A DNA stretch of 64,000 nucleotides from Candidatus Bathyarchaeota archaeon (GTDB lineage Archaea > Thermoproteota > Bathyarchaeia > Bathyarchaeales > Bathycorpusculaceae): NCBI GenBank assembly GCA_963832745.1, contig CAWHVC010000003.1, forward strand, positions 791,451-855,450. The letters are read 5' to 3'. Position numbers and translations under genes: made by a program. Under the pieces are notes generated by a model. It searched no databases. It was not told the origin of the DNA and saw only the letters and a list, made by a program, of their open reading frames with translations. Each line of letters opens with the position of its first letter. The first letter of the stretch is position 1. Below, one piece after another: positions 60,773 through 64,000 of this stretch.

Positions 60773-61279
60773 GTGAGCGAGGTCCGAATAGTAACAGTAA
60801 AAATTCCTGAAGAGGTCTACAAAGAATTGGCGCTACGCATTCCAGAAGGTGACCGAAGCAGCTTCATCCGTGAAGCCATCAGCGAAAAACTGCAAAAAAC
60901 ACCTAAACCTGACAAAATTTTGGCGCTTGAAGAACGAATGAGCAAGCTTGAAAGTGAGTTTATACAGGTAAGAAAATACCTTGCCGACCTGGAACTTTTA
61001 ACTTTTGAACACGGCAAAGTTAACCCTCACAGTTTCTGCATAGATGAAACCGACCACAAAATCATCGAGTACCTCATGCATTACAAAGGCGCCACCACTC
61101 CTGAGCTTGCAGAGTACCTGAAAAGTAACCGTTGGCTGATTCTAAACAGGCTGCGGAAAATCCAGCGGACCTCCAAGAAGCAGTGTGGCAAATCCGTAAT
61201 CGATTACTGTGGCGGTGAACGGTCTGGAAAGAAGAAGGCGTGGTGGATTAACGAGGAAGTCGTCGGCGAAGACGAATAA
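60773..61279 (+). CDS. ribbon-helix-helix + winged-HTH transcription regulator
   Basis: IVTVKIPEE...RSSFIREAI, coiled coil, DHKIIEYL...TTPELAEYL. Confidence 0.75.
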   Translation: MSEVRIVTVKIPEEVYKELALRIPEGDRSSFIREAISEKLQKTPKPDKILALEERMSKLESEFIQVRKYLADLELLTFEHGKVNPHSFCIDETDHKIIEYLMHYKGATTPELAEYLKSNRWLILNRLRKIQRTSKKQCGKSVIDYCGGERSGKKKAWWINEEVVGEDE

Positions 61280-61315
61280 CCTTTAATTGCGGTGCATGTT
61301 TGTTTTTGCGTTTGT

Positions 61316-61394
61316 GGGCTCGTAGTCTAGCACGGATTAAGGCATCGGCCTCCGGAGCCGAGAATCCTGGGTTCAAATCCCAGCGGGCCCGCCA
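61316..61394 (+). tRNA. tRNA-Arg(CCG), CCA encoded
   Basis: GGGCTCG/CGGGCCC acceptor, TCGGC-CTCCGGA-GCCGA, CTGGG-TTCAAAT-CCCAG, GCCA end. Confidence 0.95.
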
Positions 61395-61450
61395 CCCCCC
61401 AAACGAATTTATCCTGATTTTCCCTCTTTTTTCTCGCTCTAAGCCATATC

Positions 61451-62251
61451 TTAATTTTTCACAGCTGGTTTCTCAGGGAACGCTTCACTAGATACGACAA
61501 ACCTGTAAGCATTTCTGAAAGTCAGTCGGTAATTTGTGTCGTTCACCATGCTTTCATCTGTTATCTCAGTTTTGAACAATCGGATATTATTCCCGATTAA
61601 GGGCTCAGAGAAAATTAGTATGCGAGGTGTCAAAACAAAATTGAACTTCATGTAAGGTTGGCTAAAGCGTTTGTCACTCCGAATAAACTGCTGAACTATC
61701 GGGTCATCAGAAGTCCAAAATGGTGTTTTTGTCTTGTTAACCACTAAAACCCAATTGTTCTTCAAAAGTTGTTTCGTTTCTTCCTCATAAAAGTCAACCA
61801 TTGATAAGAGATGCTCGTTTTGTTCCCAATTATCTATTTTTGGAACAACTTTCCAATCCGTGAATTTGCTATTAACATCATCCAGCCAAATCTTTCGGGC
61901 TTGACTTACGATATCCCTACGTTTTCTTGTTCTCTGCTTAAAAAGCACTAAGAATCCGAGGAATTCAGCGAGCTCAACCTGTGTTAGCACTCGCATATCC
62001 TCAGCGCCTATAACTTTTCTGAATATTCTACTACATTCACCCTCCTGAATGGAAAAGGCCTCTTCAATAGGTTTGTTCGGTTTGTTAGCATTTTCATAGA
62101 AGCCTATTTCACTGCAAAGCGCCTTAACGTTTGTTTTGAATGCCCTTTTGTTTTCCTTGTCATAGCAATAAACGCAATTCCCATTCTTTTCCGTGGAGAA
62201 CAGCTTAAGGTAGAATTGGGGTACATAATGCTGCCTCGCTTTTTCCTTCAT
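61451..62251 (-). CDS. DUF4238 domain protein
   Basis: RQHYVPQFYLKLF, KQRT, PFWTSDDP motifs. Confidence 0.88.
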   Translation of the reverse strand: MKEKARQHYVPQFYLKLFSTEKNGNCVYCYDKENKRAFKTNVKALCSEIGFYENANKPNKPIEEAFSIQEGECSRIFRKVIGAEDMRVLTQVELAEFLGFLVLFKQRTRKRRDIVSQARKIWLDDVNSKFTDWKVVPKIDNWEQNEHLLSMVDFYEEETKQLLKNNWVLVVNKTKTPFWTSDDPIVQQFIRSDKRFSQPYMKFNFVLTPRILIFSEPLIGNNIRLFKTEITDESMVNDTNYRLTFRNAYRFVVSSEAFPEKPAVKN

Positions 62252-62257
62252 GCGCGA

Positions 62258-63250
62258 CTATCGCCCCATCATGAACAGCGCCATCTCAACGTCTGCAAGG
62301 TTGAATGGGTAGCCCTCTTCGTTAAGCACATTGGCGATTATTTCCAAAACCCACATCAGCTTTTGATAGTTAGCACCCCACTCTTCGTTACTGCAGGTGT
62401 CCATTGGGAAAGTCTTTCCTGGTTGTGGTGCTCGACCGGGTATTTTGATTAGCCTTTTCTCGCCATCCGTGAGAGTTTCAAGGGCAAGTCCAACTCGGCT
62501 GTCATAAATAGCAAAGTAGTTCGGGTCTGAAAGCCCGACTATTTTGGATGCACGCGATATTATCAAGGGGAAAGACACGAGTTTGCAGATGGCCTCAGCG
62601 GTTTTTCCTTCGTCAAGCAAGTTAAACGCATCTCTTGTTATTTCCAAGCACTTGTTTGGATCGCGGGGTATAAATTGCGGGTTCCTAGGAAAACCCCAAG
62701 CCATAATTTCGTCCAAAGCAGTTAAGTCAACTCCACCGCTATTCCTTATTCTCGATTGAGCAATTAATCTTGTTAAGCGGTTTCGTTTTTCCAAGGATTC
62801 AGCTAAAGAGCTATTTTTCCAACGATAATTCTTTCGACCTGCGATGAGAGCATCCTTGTGCGCCTTTGCCCAAGAAACAATTAAGGCATTGTATTTTCGC
62901 AGAAAATCATTCTTGGCGTTCTCTTCGGAAGTAGGCGATGCAGCGTTAATTTCAATCAAAGTTGTCGCCGTTATGGGGGCTGAGCCGTTTTGGCGTATTA
63001 GTCGGTATCGTCCGCTACCAAGGAATTCAAAGTGTGGATGATGAACCGGGTAGTGATGATAAGACGGGTGGTTCGGTGCCATCGCAATTACATAGGTCCG
63101 AATACTTGTTGCAGGTACATCGGGTCTGCCTTCCTGAACTTTGTTGACAAGGTCGTTGGCGGTGAAAATTTCCTTGTCTAATTCCTGTGCTGCTCCTAAG
63201 ACGAGTTGCCACCTTGTCAAATTGCCGGACGCATTATCGTAGTTTGGCAT
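62258..63250 (-). CDS. N-terminal HTH-like domain + OGG/HhH-fold DNA glycosylase-like domain
   Basis: SIRTYVIAMAPNHPS...FEFLGSGRYRL; IMAWG, RASKIVGLSDP..AIYDSRV, LADVEMALF. Confidence 0.6.
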   Translation of the reverse strand: MPNYDNASGNLTRWQLVLGAAQELDKEIFTANDLVNKVQEGRPDVPATSIRTYVIAMAPNHPSYHHYPVHHPHFEFLGSGRYRLIRQNGSAPITATTLIEINAASPTSEENAKNDFLRKYNALIVSWAKAHKDALIAGRKNYRWKNSSLAESLEKRNRLTRLIAQSRIRNSGGVDLTALDEIMAWGFPRNPQFIPRDPNKCLEITRDAFNLLDEGKTAEAICKLVSFPLIISRASKIVGLSDPNYFAIYDSRVGLALETLTDGEKRLIKIPGRAPQPGKTFPMDTCSNEEWGANYQKLMWVLEIIANVLNEEGYPFNLADVEMALFMMGR

Positions 63251-63385
63251 AAGTCTCTTTCGGTAATTTAGCGATTTAAAACTTGTTAGCTGCGGGCAAC
63301 ACCTTTACCCCGGTGTTTTGGTGCAAAATAGTTATAAGGTGTGATGGCTGTCTCGTCTGCGTTCTATTAGGGAGTTGGGGAAAGC

Positions 63386-63742
63386 ATGAACTTTAAACAT
63401 CACGCCATATTGGGCGCTCTCGTAGCGGGGGGTCTCTATCTGCTTTGCAAGTCGTCTAAAGACGAAGAAATGAGCTTAAATGAGGCAATTGTAGTCGTGC
63501 TGCTCGGGGCTTTAGCCGGTGTTGCAGCGGATTCGCTGGAGCCTGCGACGAATCCAAACCATCGGAGCATATACCACAGCGGAACAACATTGGCGCTGAT
63601 TCTGCTCTTGTGCCACAAGGGGTCAAAGACAGACAAGCTGAGCGATAGCCAAAAAGCATTCATCATCCCGATTTTAGCCAATTATGCAAGCCACTTGGTC
63701 GCCGACAGCACCTCACCAAAGAGTCTACCCTTGATAGCCTAA
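63386..63742 (+). CDS. membrane metal-dependent hydrolase (YdjM-like)
   Basis: HHAILG, DSLEP, HRSIYHS, YASHLVAD. Confidence 0.8.
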   Translation: MNFKHHAILGALVAGGLYLLCKSSKDEEMSLNEAIVVVLLGALAGVAADSLEPATNPNHRSIYHSGTTLALILLLCHKGSKTDKLSDSQKAFIIPILANYASHLVADSTSPKSLPLIA

Positions 63743-64000
63743 AGGGGTAAAGCGTAAGATAGCAAACATGAACTGAGAGCCACCAAACCCCACCCTTTTT
63801 TGTGCTGAAGAGCCTTTTTAAGAAGCAGAAACAACTATTGACCTTTTTCCATACCAATAAAGCTTAGACTCAGCGCCGCATGGCTCGCACTTATATGATA
63901 TTGGAATAATTGTTCCGCTTGCTGAAGCCTTAGCGTGTTTTTCTTCCAAGGAAGCTATTGGGTGAATGTCCTCTGGTGGAAAAGCTGAATTCTATTTATG

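Larger units (their letters stand above)
61395..64000. mobile_element. left end of putative tRNA-Arg-anchored genomic island
   Basis: Housekeeping genes stop at the tRNA 3' end and accessory/defence-type genes follow; no integrase or second att site in window. Confidence 0.5.

Noticed and set aside
1-64000. CRISPR array, rRNA, integrase or transposase
   Set aside because: No regularly spaced repeats, rRNA-like tract or recombinase motifs seen
63818-64000. Minus-strand frame AFPPEDIHPIAS...CEPCG...LYW
   Set aside because: Protein-like, but preceded by an in-frame TAG near the window edge with no start visible

Overview
Archaeal chromosomal segment. Gene content (TFE, Trm56, aMBF1, NAC, Hel308, archaeal ThrRS/ProRS, FBP aldolase/phosphatase) and many AT-rich secreted beta-propeller/NosD proteins suggest Bathyarchaeia (inference). 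It carries a divergent AMP phosphorylase/form III RuBisCO pair, a fluoride riboswitch upstream of crcB-DUF190, a surface-glycan cluster, an IscS-like/IscU/SufS operon, a BlaI/BlaR-like pair with three palindromic operators facing an ABC exporter, a ribophorin-I-like protein, tRNA-Val(TAC) and tRNA-Arg(CCG). A putative defence island (DUF4238 plus an OGG-fold glycosylase-like protein) begins right after tRNA-Arg. Most striking: in mbf1, hflX, iscU and blaI, expected N-terminal sequence follows an in-frame stop with no ATG/GTG/TTG, and an ACG with a Shine-Dalgarno-like motif sits where Met1 belongs. A small ORF is a weaker fifth case and sufS appears to start at ATA. This points to systematic near-cognate initiation or C-to-U editing. 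Caveat: several 1-bp frameshifts suggest long-read indel errors, so base-level claims need read validation. Two families of dispersed intergenic repeats mark accessory-gene boundaries.
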